Shown: positions 25,732 through 37,031, counted from the first letter of the whole stretch. The stretch: 63,279 nucleotides of DNA, filler included, from Octopus bimaculoides (GCF_001194135.2; 4 parts of 4 records of this genome joined end to end with filler, not necessarily neighbours in it); one strand, 5' to 3'. Translations and numbers: made by a program. Notes: generated from the letters alone by a model not told the origin.

Positions 25732-26027
25732 AAGTTGAATAAAGTTAAAGGATGGTCTGGTTTTCACATATATTATTATGGTATTTTAGTAATAAAAAAG
25801 AATATTTAGTAATGCTCATAAAGTTAAATTAGCACTTTCATACACAGAGTAAACATCAGATTTCAAATGTGTTTAACTGACAGATAAACACTTTTGAAAT
25901 CCAAGGCTTGCTCTTTGTATGAAAGTGCTAACTTAACTTTATGAGCATTACAAAATATTTCTTTTAATGGTAAAATACCATAATAAAAAACGTGAAAACC
26001 TGACCAACTTTTAACTTTATTCAACTG
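25732..26027. mobile_element. MITE (~295 bp) with ~125-bp imperfect terminal inverted repeats
   Basis: GTTGAATAAAGTTAAA...ATGCTCATAAAGTTAA.TTAGCACTTTCATAC at left is the reverse complement of the right arm ending TTATTCAACTG; CAGT-type end suggests Tc1/mariner or pogo ancestry. Confidence 0.8.
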
Positions 26028-26096
26028 ATAGATTATTCTATAAACATTCACACAAAATTTGAAACAATATATATGCATATATATATATATATATAT

Positions 26097-26342
26097 GGAC
26101 TGGCTTGTGCGGGTGGCACATAAAAGACACCATTTCGAGCGTGGCCGTTTTCGTGCGGGTGACACGTAAAAGCACCCACTACACTCTCTGAGTGGTTGGC
26201 GTTAGGAAGGGCATCCAGCTGTAGAAACTCTGCCAAATCAGACTGGAGCCTGGTGTTGCCATCCGGTTTCACCAGTCCTCAGTCAAATCGTCCAACCCAT
26301 GCTAGCATGGAAAGCGGACGTTAAACGATGATGATGATGATG
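26097..26342 (+). mobile_element. RTE-LINE-related 3' tail (solo) ending in (GAT)n
   Basis: GTGGTTGGCGTTAGGAAGGGCATCCAGCTGTAG...CCCATGCTAGCATGGA...TTAAACGATGATGATG, homologous to 29740-29975. Confidence 0.85.
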
Positions 26343-26485
26343 ATATATGTATGTATGTATGTATATATATATATATACATANNNNNNNNNNNNNNNNNNN
26401 NNNNNNNNNNNNNNNNNNNNNNNNNNNNNNNNNNNNNNNNNNNNNNNNNNNNNNNNNNNNNNATATATATATATATACACATATA

Positions 26486-26875
26486 CAGGGTGTGGTGAAT
26501 AAATTGTCATCTAAATTATACAAAAATGAAAATGACACTGACATCTCATTTTAACAGATATATTTACCAAAATTACATAAAAAATATCTTCAAATACTAA
26601 AGAGTAAATTTATTCAATAAAATCGCCATCGGCTTCAACTACAGCCTCCAGACAACTTCAGAATCTCCTGTAACTCTTCTGGATGGGCTCCTTGTTTAAG
26701 TTGCTTAATGCTGCCATAATCCTTGCCTTCAGTTCATCTTAGGTGTTACAAGGAGTTTTGTTGGTCTCTCACTCAACTGCACCCCACACATAATAATCAA
26801 GGAGGTTGCAGTGTGGGGAGTTAGATGGCCAGATGTAAGGGTTGATGTGGTCACAGAAATTGTCTGACAGCCATG
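26486..26875 (-). mobile_element. maT/DD37D-like Tc1/mariner relic, 3' end with TIR
   Basis: TA|CAGGGTGTGG terminus; minus strand WLSDNFCDHINPYIWPSNSPHCNLLDYYVWGAVE...DELKARI...LEAVVEADGDFIE*. Confidence 0.85.
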
Positions 26876-27240
26876 ACGTGGGTGTGTGGTAAGGTGCTTG
26901 CTTCCTGATCACATGGTACCAGGTTCAGTCCCACTGTGCAAGTACCAGGTTCAGTCCCCTTGAGCAAGTGCCTTCTACTATAGCCTTGGGCCTTGCGAGT
27001 AAATTTGGTGGACAGAAGCTGAAAAGAACCCCATCGTATGTATATATGTATATACGTATGTGTGTGTGTCTTTTTGTGTCTGTGTTTGTCACCCTACCAT
27101 CACTTGACAACTGATGTTGGTGGGTTTACGTCTCCATAACTTAGCGGTTTAGCAAAAGAGTCTGGTAGAATAAGTACTAGGCTTACAAAGAATAAGTCCT
27201 AGTGTCATGACTGAAACAAGTAAAAGAATAAAAGAATAAA
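26876..27240 (+). mobile_element. SINE family A with small internal duplication
   Basis: Family A head, core and tail; GTACCAGGTTCAGTCCC is repeated twice in the head. Confidence 0.85.
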
Positions 27241-27380
27241 TATATGCATACATATATACAGTACCGCACCAAATATCCAGTAAGCTTGGGACTGGAAGTA
27301 GCTCAGATTTCTGGATTTTCCAGCTTTATGGAGGCAGCCTAAGCTTCTACAAACTACGAAAAGTTAAAAACTAAATTGTA

Positions 27381-27543
27381 TTTAACTACATTCTGAGTTC
27401 AAATTCCACCAGGGTCGACTCTGCCTTTCATTCTTTTGAAATCAATAAAACGAGTACCAGATGAGAACTAGGGTCGATGTAATTTACTCAACTTTTGCCC
27501 TGAAATTACTGACCTTGTGCCAAAATTTAAAACTAATATTATT
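27381..27543 (+). mobile_element. SINE family B, 5'-truncated
   Basis: ACATTCTGAGTTCAAATTCC...GGTCGACTCTGCCTTTCAT...GGGTCGATGTAAT...CCTTGTGCCAAAATTT. Confidence 0.8.
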
Positions 27544-27991
27544 GGTTAAACTAATTCAGCACTGCTTGAAAAAGACCTACACTGAGAAAATTGCTAATTG
27601 ATTGAGCCAAAGTGACCCACAAGTCCATCATCATTCTGGACATTTCAACCAACCTTATCAAAGAACAAAAAACAATACGTCAACAACCACACAAATCATA
27701 ACAGACTGACTGTATTTCCTATAATTATATTTCAGTAATATTTTCCCTGAGTATATTTTAAAATAATAATTGTGTCAGTATAATGCAAAGCCAAGAAAAC
27801 ATTACAGACAAAATAAACTAATTTTAAAGAGTATATAGGCAAAGATACTTCTTCAGTAATGCCTGTGTATTTTAGCTAGACATTTAGTAATGAAATGAGT
27901 TTAAAGAAAAATGTATGAAAGCCAGAAAGAAAAAAAATTATTTCTTGAAAAAAAAGTTATCAAAACATGGATCTAACTTTTGAGTTTTCAA

Positions 27992-29975
27992 TTAGTTAAC
28001 TCAAGAACCTAGCTAAGACAAAAGTGGTTGTTAGTAAGAAAGAAGATAAAACTTTCTTTCCGTCAGGTGAATGACCCTGCTCCATATGTTGGAAAGGAGT
28101 TGGATGAAATTCCATTCGCTGCACCCAATGTAAACAGTGGTATCACAGGTAGATTAACAGATAAAGTAGTCTTTGTTTGTTGTAGATGTGCAGTGCAGGA
28201 ACAATAAGCACTAAGAGCACACAGGGATTAGATTCTCTCAAATGCCTAAGAGGCTCTCTTGATGTTGTAGAGAGTTTCTGTTACCTAGGTGACCAAATTA
28301 GTAATGGTGGAGGATGCTCTGAAAGTATTGTTTCTAAAATAAAAATTGGGTGGAGGAAGTTCAGAGAGCTATTACCTCTGTTGGTAACAAAAGGACTCTC
28401 TCTCAAAATAAAAGGCAGACTATATGATGCTTGTGTACAAATGGCTATACTCCATGGTAGTGAGACATGGGCTCTGAATGCAGAAGACATGCATAGACTG
28501 GAGAGAAACGAAAGTAGTATGCTCTGTTGGATGTGCAACAACAGGGCACATGTACAACAGAGTGCAAATGCATTGAGAGAAAAGTTGGGCATAAGAGGAA
28601 TAAAATGTAGCATGCAAGAGAGAAGACGACGTTGGTTTGGACATGTGATGTGTATGAATGAGGACAGCTGCATAAAGAAGTGCCGATCACTGAAAGTGGA
28701 TGGTACTCATGGAAAAGGGAGACCCAGGAAGACATGGGATGAAGTGGTAAGAAACAATCTCAGGAAGTTGGGCCTCATGAAGAAAATGACAATGGACTGA
28801 GATGTTTGGCAATATGAAGTTCTTGAGAAGACCTGCCCACATCAGTGGAACTGAGTTCTAGAAGCACTGTGTCCCACCCACACTTAACAAGAAAACTTAT
28901 CACACACTCTACCACAACAAACTAAACTACATCTCTACATCTCTTCTCTTCCTCTTCTTTCCATTTCATGTACTATGATTACCTGCCACTCCCCAATCCT
29001 GTCCTCTTGGACATGTGCCACTGTGTCACTGCTCTCTGCTTGTTCCTGACCTGTATATTCTACCCACATGCCATCTCACTCTATTATTGCTATCTGCTAG
29101 CTCCCAACGTGGGTGTTCCACCCACATGTAACAAGAAAACTTTTCCCTCACCCTACCCCAACAAACCAATCTACATGTCTTCTTTTTCTCACACTTCTTC
29201 CTTCATACACTATGCCTAGCTCTCACTCCCAAATCCTGTCCTGACACTCCTGTTCCTCTGTATCATTGTTATGTGGTAGCCCCTCTAACTCTATATATAT
29301 CCAGGTCTTTCATCACTTACTTTCACTCTTTAATCACACTCACTTCGCAATATCCTGCCACTTATATTATAGCATCTGAACCTCAAGGGTATGCCCTGAC
29401 ACTTGCCACCATCTATATCTCTCTCTTCCTTTACTCAACCATCTCCTTTGTATTCTGATCCCTGTTCCTTATGAGTATGCCCAGCATTTTGCCACCATCT
29501 CTATTCTGCTGTCTCCTACTCTCTCTCCTTCTCCTGCACTTCCCTCAGGTTGGGCAACCGTGTATTTTCTTTGTGGTAGCACATCTGTTTCTGTCTTCAT
29601 TCCTGATCTTTCTCTCTGGCCAGGTAGTCTTGTACTTACACTACAGCAAGACATCTGTATCTGTCTCACTATAACCTTTTCATCATCACCTCCTCCAATA
29701 CCTCCTCCCCTTTTAAAAGTTTTTTTTTTTTTTATTAATGTCTTGCAAGTACTTGGTGATCCTGTCAGTGAAGGTGCCACTTAAAAGCACTGAGTCCACA
29801 CTGTAAAGTGGTTGGTGTTCGGAAGGGCATCCAGCTGTAAAAATCCTGCGGAAACAGTCACAGAAGTCTGGTGCAGGCTTTGGCCTGGCCAGCTCATGTG
29901 GTACCGTCCCACCCATGCTAGCATGGAAGACAGACATTAAACGATGATGAGGATGATGATGATGATGATGATGAC
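27992..29975 (+). mobile_element. 5'-truncated RTE-clade LINE: RT C-terminus with PHD-like insertion, long 3' UTR and (GAT)n tail
   Basis: NLAKTKVVVS, PCSICWKGVG..SIRCTQCKQW, FVCCRCAG, VVESFCYLGD, KGRLYDACV...LHGSETWAL, RWFGHV, GRPRKTWDEVV; stop at 28800; tail ends ~29975. Continuity of the 3' UTR (28830-29740) is inferred. Confidence 0.88.
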
Positions 29976-30137
29976 ATTCAAATGAATACACTTTAAATTC
30001 CTAAAATGTACCATACTGCTTCATGTATACAATATAATGTTTATATGGTGAAGTTTCCATTTTACTACAAAGATACTTTGAGCAAGTATTTTTTAATGTA
30101 GCCTTTAGGTGATCAAAACTTTGCTCTTTATCCTCAT

Positions 30138-30262
30138 ATCATCATTTTGCCATCCACTTTTCCATGCCTGCATGCATCAGACAAAATTTGATGAGGTAGG
30201 ATTTCTATGGCTGGATGCCTTTCCTGTCACCAACCCTCACCTATTTCTAAGTAAGGTGATAT
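30138..30262 (-). mobile_element. RTE-related 3' tail fragment
   Basis: GGCTGGATGCCTTTCCTGTCACCAACC and TTCCATGCCTGCATG are the reverse complement of the tail motif at 26200-26320. Confidence 0.65.
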
Positions 30263-30371
30263 TTCCCTATAACCACACATGTTTCAATGGAAGAATGGAA
30301 ATGAAGGACATTGTTTGCATAACAGTGACATTCATTTACAATTATCACATGATTGCAAGGCAAGAATACAG

Positions 30372-30399
<28 letters not shown>

Positions 30400-30411
<12 letters not shown>

Positions 30412-30598
30412 ATGCATACACACATACATTTATACATATATAGGACAGGTTTCTTTTACTTTCCATCTACCAAATCCACTCGCAAGTCTTTTGGTCTGCC
30501 CAGGGTTGTAGAAAAAGACATTTGCCCAAGGTGCAACACAGTGGGACTGAACCCCAAAACCATATAGTTGGGAAGCAAACTTCTTGCCACACAGCCAT
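30400..30598 (-). mobile_element. SINE family A, 5' half
   Basis: Reverse complement of GGCTGTGTGGCAAGAAG...GGTTCAGTCCCAC...TTGGGCAAATGTC. Confidence 0.75.
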
Positions 30599-30660
30599 TT
30601 TACTCACAAAGTGCAGGTATGTAGCCTAAAGGCTACATACCTGCCCCTTGTGAGTAAAAT
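30597..30660. repeat. 64-bp near-perfect hairpin
   Basis: ATTTTACTCACAAAGTGCAGGTATGTAGCCT-AA-AGGCTACATACCTGCCCCTTGTGAGTAAAAT; 31-bp arms, 2 mismatches. Confidence 0.92.
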
Positions 30661-31859
30661 TTGGTCGACAGAAACTATGTGGTCACCCATCAGAAGGATC
30701 ATCTCTGTTCTTGATTGGTAAACTTAATCTATTAGCTTGTCTGATGTCACTACTTGACCCTTTGATGGCTTTAGTAGACTACACTCTACTTCAAACATTT
30801 GAAGCAAGTCTTTAATCTGAAGATAATTTTCTTTTCTTCTGCCTGTCTTGGAAGTCATAAACAATCATTGACATTGTCCTTTCTCTTCTGCTAAGCAATA
30901 AAAGTATAAAAATTACAAACATTCATGACAGCATTTACTGTGTGTGCCAAACAGGATTATGCTTAGTTGTTGTTTAACTCCAAGTTATCTCAGATTAAGT
31001 TAATCTCTGATCAAATGCATTTCAGCTGTGACCATCCATCTATTTTTCAGGCATAGTACATATATATGATCCTGAGATGAAGGACTTTAGATCAAATGTC
31101 GATGATTAAATACTAGTCTGTTGATCCAGTAAGCAGGGCCTCATATTGGTGTGTAAGAACCAGTGTGTTATAAAACCACTGAGAGGAAGACCCAGAAATA
31201 GTGCACATTCTCTTCTGATGACCCCTGAAAATTACTGGTATCTAGTACAGAGAGCTTTTGATTGGCAGCACTTGCACAAGCAAACTGTTTGTAACTCTAC
31301 AGTCTGTTCTTCCTTTTATAAGATGATATGATGAAGTTTTAGAGAGATTTACCTACATAGAGGTTCTCATCATTCATTTGAAATAGATGCATATATGGTT
31401 GGAAATGGGGGATTCTGGACAACACTCTCAAAAGAAGATTAAAGATTATGTTTAGTATAGACATCTAAAAAGAGAGCAGATATGGAGAAAAATGAGGTAA
31501 AATATAAATAGAAAAACTGTTATAAAGGCCCTCTGTTCAAAAAGTTTTTTACATATTGAATTTGCATTGATTCATTAAGATATTATTTCCTTCCCCCTCC
31601 CCTCTTCTTGGACAGTCAGATTTTTTTTCAGGGTCATCACTAAAACAGTCATGAATATAATCAGCTGAATCTTTGATCTTTTTCCACAAATATAAATGTG
31701 AGCTATATATAATGAGAGCGTAATAGCTACAGGTGGTGGTTGTGGTGGTGCCCAACTACTTATGCTTTATATCCAAGCTAATCTTGGACAGCTAGACATT
31801 TATTAAAGGCAATTCTATACCTAAATCAAATTCAATAACAAGTATGTACAATACAAATA

Positions 31860-31916
<57 letters not shown>

Positions 31917-32016
31917 NNNNNNNNNNNNNNNNNNNNNNNNNNNNNNNNNNNNNNNNNNNNTTAATTAATTAANNNNNNNNNNNNNNNNNNNNNNNNNNNN
32001 NNNNNNNNNNNNNNNN

Positions 32017-32066
32017 CAGCATGGCCGCAGTCAAATGGCTGAAACAAGTAAAAGAGTAAAGAGTAA
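32017..32066 (+). mobile_element. SINE family A 3' tail after a gap
   Basis: CAGCATGGCCGCAGTCAAATGGCTGAAACAAGTAAAAGAGTAAAGAG. Confidence 0.8.
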
Positions 32067-33030
32067 GACAATATATACCGACAGTACATATGCACACACA
32101 CGAACAAACACACACATACACACACACACACATACATACATACATACATACATGCATACATACATACATACATATACACGTACATATAAACATATATACA
32201 CGTACATATAAACACGATGTTGAGCATACATATATATTTCTCAATGTATAACAGATTTATGATTGACTGACTACTTGCTTGTCATTATTTACCTTCTGCG
32301 AGGTGTCCTGTATATAATATATTTTAATATTTGGTGACAGCTGCATCATTGGTGGCAGATATGAAAAGCCCCCCCCCCCCGCGGGAGCTTCTGTCAAATA
32401 AGTTAGCGATATAAACCCTTAAATCTATTGTAAACAGCAAAGAAATCAGATTTTCTGTGTAAACAAACAACGCAGCTTAACTGCCATTTCTTATTCGCTT
32501 CATCATCATTCCTAACAATGCCATATGGAATGGCTTCGACTACGATGACGATTATCCGCCAATCCAGCATCGTTATCATCGTCATTGTGACCATCATCAT
32601 CATCATCATCATCATCATCGGCATCGTAATCATCGGTGTAATCTTTATCCTCATTGTCATCGTCATCGCCGTTCATTTCGTCGCCGTCGTCATCATCATC
32701 ATCATCATCGTCGTCGCCGTCGTCGTTGTCGTTGTTGGGATCTTGTTCAAAACGGGGGCACCAGTATTTTCTTAACGAAACACTTTGAAACTTGGGACAC
32801 TGGTAGAATGTGCCATATAAAACATATTTTTCTCTTAGTCTTCTTAACAAAAAAAACGTACATCGCAAGTTATTTCATGTTAAAGTTGTCGTATTTCTGT
32901 AATTTCAACCAATGACTGACCTCCATTCAGCCGTAATAATTAATTGCTGACTACGTAAACAAACGATTCTCGGCGGTGATAAAATTATTATTTCCTTGTC
33001 AAAAAATGGCTGAAGCATATTGGCAGTAGC

Positions 33031-33088
33031 TAATAAACCTTTCTATTATAGGCACAAGGCATGGTTTTTGAGGGAAGGAGCAAGTCAA
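33031..33088 (-). mobile_element. SINE family B 3' end
   Basis: CCTTTCTATTATAGGCACAAGGC is the reverse complement of the family B 3' motif GCCTTGTGCCT...TAGAAA. Confidence 0.7.
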
Positions 33089-33112
33089 TTAGGGTTAGGG
33101 TTAGGGTTAGGG
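33089..33112 (+). repeat. Interstitial telomeric repeat (TTAGGG)4
   Basis: Four perfect TTAGGG units. Confidence 0.95.
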
Positions 33113-33161
33113 AAAATCTCTGCAAAATCTCNNNNNNNNNNNNNNNNNNNNNNNNNNNNNN

Positions 33162-33378
33162 AATAGTAATAATAATTATAATAATAATATAATAATTATA
33201 ATAATAATATAATAATAATAATAATAATAGTAACATCGATAGGAATGAGAACCCAGGTTCGAAATTTCCCCAAGACACCTGATGAAGGCTGGAGGGTATA
33301 TCAGCCGAAACGTTGTGTTAACAACAAGCAAGATGAAGACGAATATCCGTCAAATGTAAATAATGTAAATAATGTAAA
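33162..33378 (+). mobile_element. Second copy of the hammerhead-bearing retroposon (head not visible, follows a gap)
   Basis: (AAT)n linker then AGGAATGAGAACCCAGGTTCGAAATTTCC...CAAATGTAAATAATGTAAAT, homologous to 7660-7810. Confidence 0.85.
33274..33319 (+). ncRNA. Minimal type I hammerhead ribozyme (Penelope-associated type), putative
   Basis: Stem I GACAC/GTGTT, core CTGATGA, one extra A, stem II GGCTG/CAGCC, GAAA, palindromic stem III ACGT, predicted cleavage after T33314. Confidence 0.75.
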
Positions 33379-33994
33379 AAATTTTTTGTTCTATAACACA
33401 AAATAGATAAGTATACGAAGTTTGAAAGTCTTTCGGTACCAAAAACACTACATAAAACATAAATGAAAACTGGTGACCCCGTTTTGGACAAGATCCCGTT
33501 GTTGTAGCCGTCGTTGTCGTCGTTTTTAATGGCTTCGTTTGTGGTCATTGTCATCATCGTCATCATTACGATCCTCATCATTATTCGTCATCGTTTAATC
33601 CTCGCGTGCATTATCATCACCATCAAGAAGAAGAAGAAGAAGAAGAAGAAGGAGAAGAAGAAGAAGAGGAAGAGGAGGAGGTGGAGGAATATGAGAAGGA
33701 GGGGGATGTGTATGTGCGTGTGTGTGTGTGTGTGTATCAAAAAGGATCAAATGATATTCTGAGCCACTGGTTCATGAGAGCCGCATTCCCGGATTCTTTG
33801 GCATGCAAGTTTCCCAACCTGGGCGAGACACCGGTTTGTTGCAGAGTTAATTGTTGTTGCTACGTGAATATACAGGAGCAACGTGAAATGAAGTGTTTTA
33901 CTCGAGAGCATAACGCGTTAACCGGTTCAGGAATCGAAGTCACAATCTTACGAAGATGCGTGCAACACCCAAACCACTAAGCCACGCGCCTCCA

Positions 33995-34034
<40 letters not shown>

Positions 34035-34035
<1 letters not shown>

Positions 34036-35275
34036 GTCAGGCGATTCGTTTGCTGCCAACATCCGCTGAAAGGAGGGCTGGGCATGCCGTGGTTGATGAT
34101 GCGCAGACGTGCGCTGAGACTGCGACATCTCCGGCTCTACGTGGACGACGGTGAGCAGGTGCGGTCGCCGTTTGTGCCGTGCGCTTTCCCGCAGGTCGTC
34201 TCCATGACCGAGCTGCAGTCGTGGATCAAGAAGAAGCCAAGGAAGGCTGAATGGCGTCTCGAGTGTCGCTTTGCTTTCCAGCAACTCTGCCGTCCCGGGT
34301 CGACTTTGAGCGACTGCATCACAACCGAGGCATTCTATAGGGGATTAGTGGATGGGAGGTACGACGACGAATTCGGGGTGAACTTGGGCATCGACGAGGA
34401 ATACCTGACCCGCCTGTTGAAGACGACTTTCGGGCCGGGGCCTATGGACAACTTCCAGAGATCTCTGGCCTGGCAGTGCTACCGAGAATCGTTACCCGTT
34501 CGGAATAGGTTCTACAGAAACGGCTAGAGAAACACGGGGCCGACCTGCCCGAGATGCGGTCAGAGCGACGAAACCGTTCTGCACGCACTCGTGCAGTGTC
34601 CAACTATTTCCAACCTGTGGGCTTATGTCGAATGAAAGCTATCACGTGTGGGACGAGTCACTTTATCAGCCGAATCTATCGTCAATATCGCCACGCCTCA
34701 TTCCTTCAAAGAGGAAGGAAGAGCTATTTTCATCATATAGCAAGTTGTGGCTATGGCGAAAGAATGTATCTGGTGGACGCTTTTGAAAAGATTAGAGACC
34801 GACACTTTCCTCTCTGGTCAATCTCTCAATCAACTTTTTCAAGTATCACTTGAAAAGGAAAGTGAGAGTAGAGAGGCAAGTTCTGTCTAGCGAATGTTTC
34901 AAAAGATGGGTGAAAGTAGCAAGGATGGCACGTATGAATGATGAAGTCATCTTGAGCCTGATCCTATGAACCCGGAAAATTTGAAAATAGAGAGTTACTT
35001 ACTTGCAAATGTGCTAACATGTGACATTATTGACCGAGGTTACCGTGGTCTTTTCCGTAGGCTTTTCTTCCCACGGATAAACCTTATCTGTTCCCCCATT
35101 ACACTTTACACCATGACATTTCTGTGATACACGATCCCTATTGATCATTTTTTTATACGATCCCTTTTGATCGAAAACTTACCAGCCCTCTTTTTCCTTT
35201 CTCCCCAAAAAGAAAAGCTCTACTTTGTAATTTGTCCCCTCTGTGTTCAGCCCTGTGCGGCTAATAAAGAAATAC
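34035..35275 (+). mobile_element. L1-clade (Tx1-like) LINE, 5'-truncated ORF2 C-terminus plus 3' UTR, embedded in (TATC)n
   Basis: HPLKGGLGMP, LAWQCYRESLPV, CPRCGQSDETVLHALVQCP zinc knuckle, AMAKECIWW; AATAAA at 35263-35268; (TATC)n at 33995-34035 and 35276-35334. Confidence 0.9.
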
Positions 35276-35281
35276 ATCTAT

Positions 35282-35334
<53 letters not shown>

Positions 35335-35351
35335 AATATATATATATACAT

Positions 35352-35400
<49 letters not shown>

Positions 35401-35469
35401 GATATAGATATAGATATACACATGTGTGTGTGTTAGTGTTGTGCGTATGTGTATGTGTGTTTGTGTGTT

Positions 35470-35506
<37 letters not shown>

Positions 35507-36012
35507 GGGAAAATAATGTCAGCGTAAGAAATTTCTCAAAAATTTTTTTTTCGCATTTTTTAATATTTTATAATTATTTTTGTTCACTCTTTGTCACACA
35601 AACCCTTCCATTGCAGCCGTTTCGCTTTCAGAATTTTTACCTTTACACTTTTACTTCTTGTTACATTTTTCAATTTACCTTCTTTCCTTTCTTATTCTTG
35701 CTTGCTTTCTTTTACATTTCACATGTCACTTTCTCATTTTTATATGAATTGCGGTTTTTATATAATACATTTTTACGTTTCTCACGTTTCCTTTTTGCTT
35801 TTCTTTTCTGCTTCCTTTTTAATATGTCTGTCTCTCTGTTAAGAAATAAATACCTACAGTTCTCACACACACACATATATATGCATACACTATATCTATA
35901 CATATCCTTGCATAAATATGAATATTTACACACAATCGTATACAGCAATATGTATTTAAATCTGCATACATATACATATATACACACATATATATGTATA
36001 TATATATGTATG

Positions 36013-36049
<37 letters not shown>

Positions 36050-36742
36050 NNNNNNNNNNNNNNNNNNNNNNNNNNNNNNNNNNNNNNNNNNNNNNNNNNN
36101 NNNNNNNNNNNNNNNNNNNNNNNNNNNNNNNNNNNNNNNNNNNNNNNNNNNNNNNNNNNNNNNNNNNNNNNNNNNNNNNNNNNNNNNNNNNNNNNNNNNN
36201 NNNNNNNNNNNNNNNNNNNNNNNNNNNNNNNNNNNNNNNNNNNNNNNNNNNNNNNNNNNNNNNNNNNNNNNNNNNNNNNNNNNNNNNNNNNNNNNNNNNN
36301 NNNNNNNNNNNNNNNNNNNNNNNNNNNNNNNNNNNNNNNNNNNNNNNNNNNNNNNNNNNNNNNNNNNNNNNNNNNNNNNNNNNNNNNNNNNNNNNNNNNN
36401 NNNNNNNNNNNNNNNNNNNNNNNNNNNNNNNNNNNNNNNNNNNNNNNNNNNNNNNNNNNNNNNNNNNNNNNNNNNNNNNNNNNNNNNNNNNNNNNNNNNN
36501 NNNNNNNNNNNNNNNNNNNNNNNNNNNNNNNNNNNNNNNNNNNNNNNNNNNNNNNNNNNNNNNNNNNNNNNNNNNNNNNNNNNNNNNNNNNNNNNNNNNN
36601 NNNNNNNNNNNNNNNNNNNNNNNNNNNNNNNNNNNNNNNNNNNNNNNNNNNNNNNNNNNNNNNNNNNNNNNNNNNNNNNNNNNNNNNNNNNNNNNNNNNN
36701 NNNNNNNNNNNNNNNNNNNNNNNNNNNNNNNNNNNNNNNNNN

Positions 36743-37006
36743 CCCAGAGAGGAAAGTCTTTGTCTCTAGACCTTTCAGACGCGTCCACCATACACATTCT
36801 TTCGCCATAGCCACAAGTACGATGAAAATAGCTCTTCCTTCCCGTTTAAAGGAAGGAGGCGCGACAATATTCACGATAGACTCGGCTGATAGACCGACTC
36901 GTCCCACACGCGATAGCAGTTGTTCGACGTAAGCCCACAGTTCGGAAATGGTGGGACATTGTACGAGTGCGTGCAGAACGGTTTCGTCGCTCTGCCCGCA
37001 TCTCGG
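36743..37006 (-). mobile_element. Second Tx1-like copy (same family), 5'-truncated, runs into a gap
   Basis: Open frame PRCGQSDETVLHALVQCPTISELWAYVEQLLSRVGR...AMAKECVWWTRLKGLETKTFLSG; 5' junction abuts (GATA)n on + at 37006-37097. Confidence 0.9.
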
Positions 37007-37031
37007 ATAGATGGATAGATTGATAGACATG

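Larger units (their letters stand above)
32737..33497. mobile_element. Non-autonomous DNA transposon with ~30-bp TIRs and nested insertions
   Basis: GGGATCTTGTTCAAAACGGGGGCACCAGT versus ACTGGTGACCCCGTTTTGGACAAGATCCC; flanked by GTTGTT on both sides inside a GTY/CAT microsatellite. Confidence 0.85.

Noticed and set aside
32403-32868. Poly-Asp, poly-Met and poly-Ile ORFs, and the poly-Glu ORF at 33606-33980
   Set aside because: Translations of (CAT/CGT)n and (GAA/GAG)n microsatellites, split by a DNA transposon; no domain or splice support.
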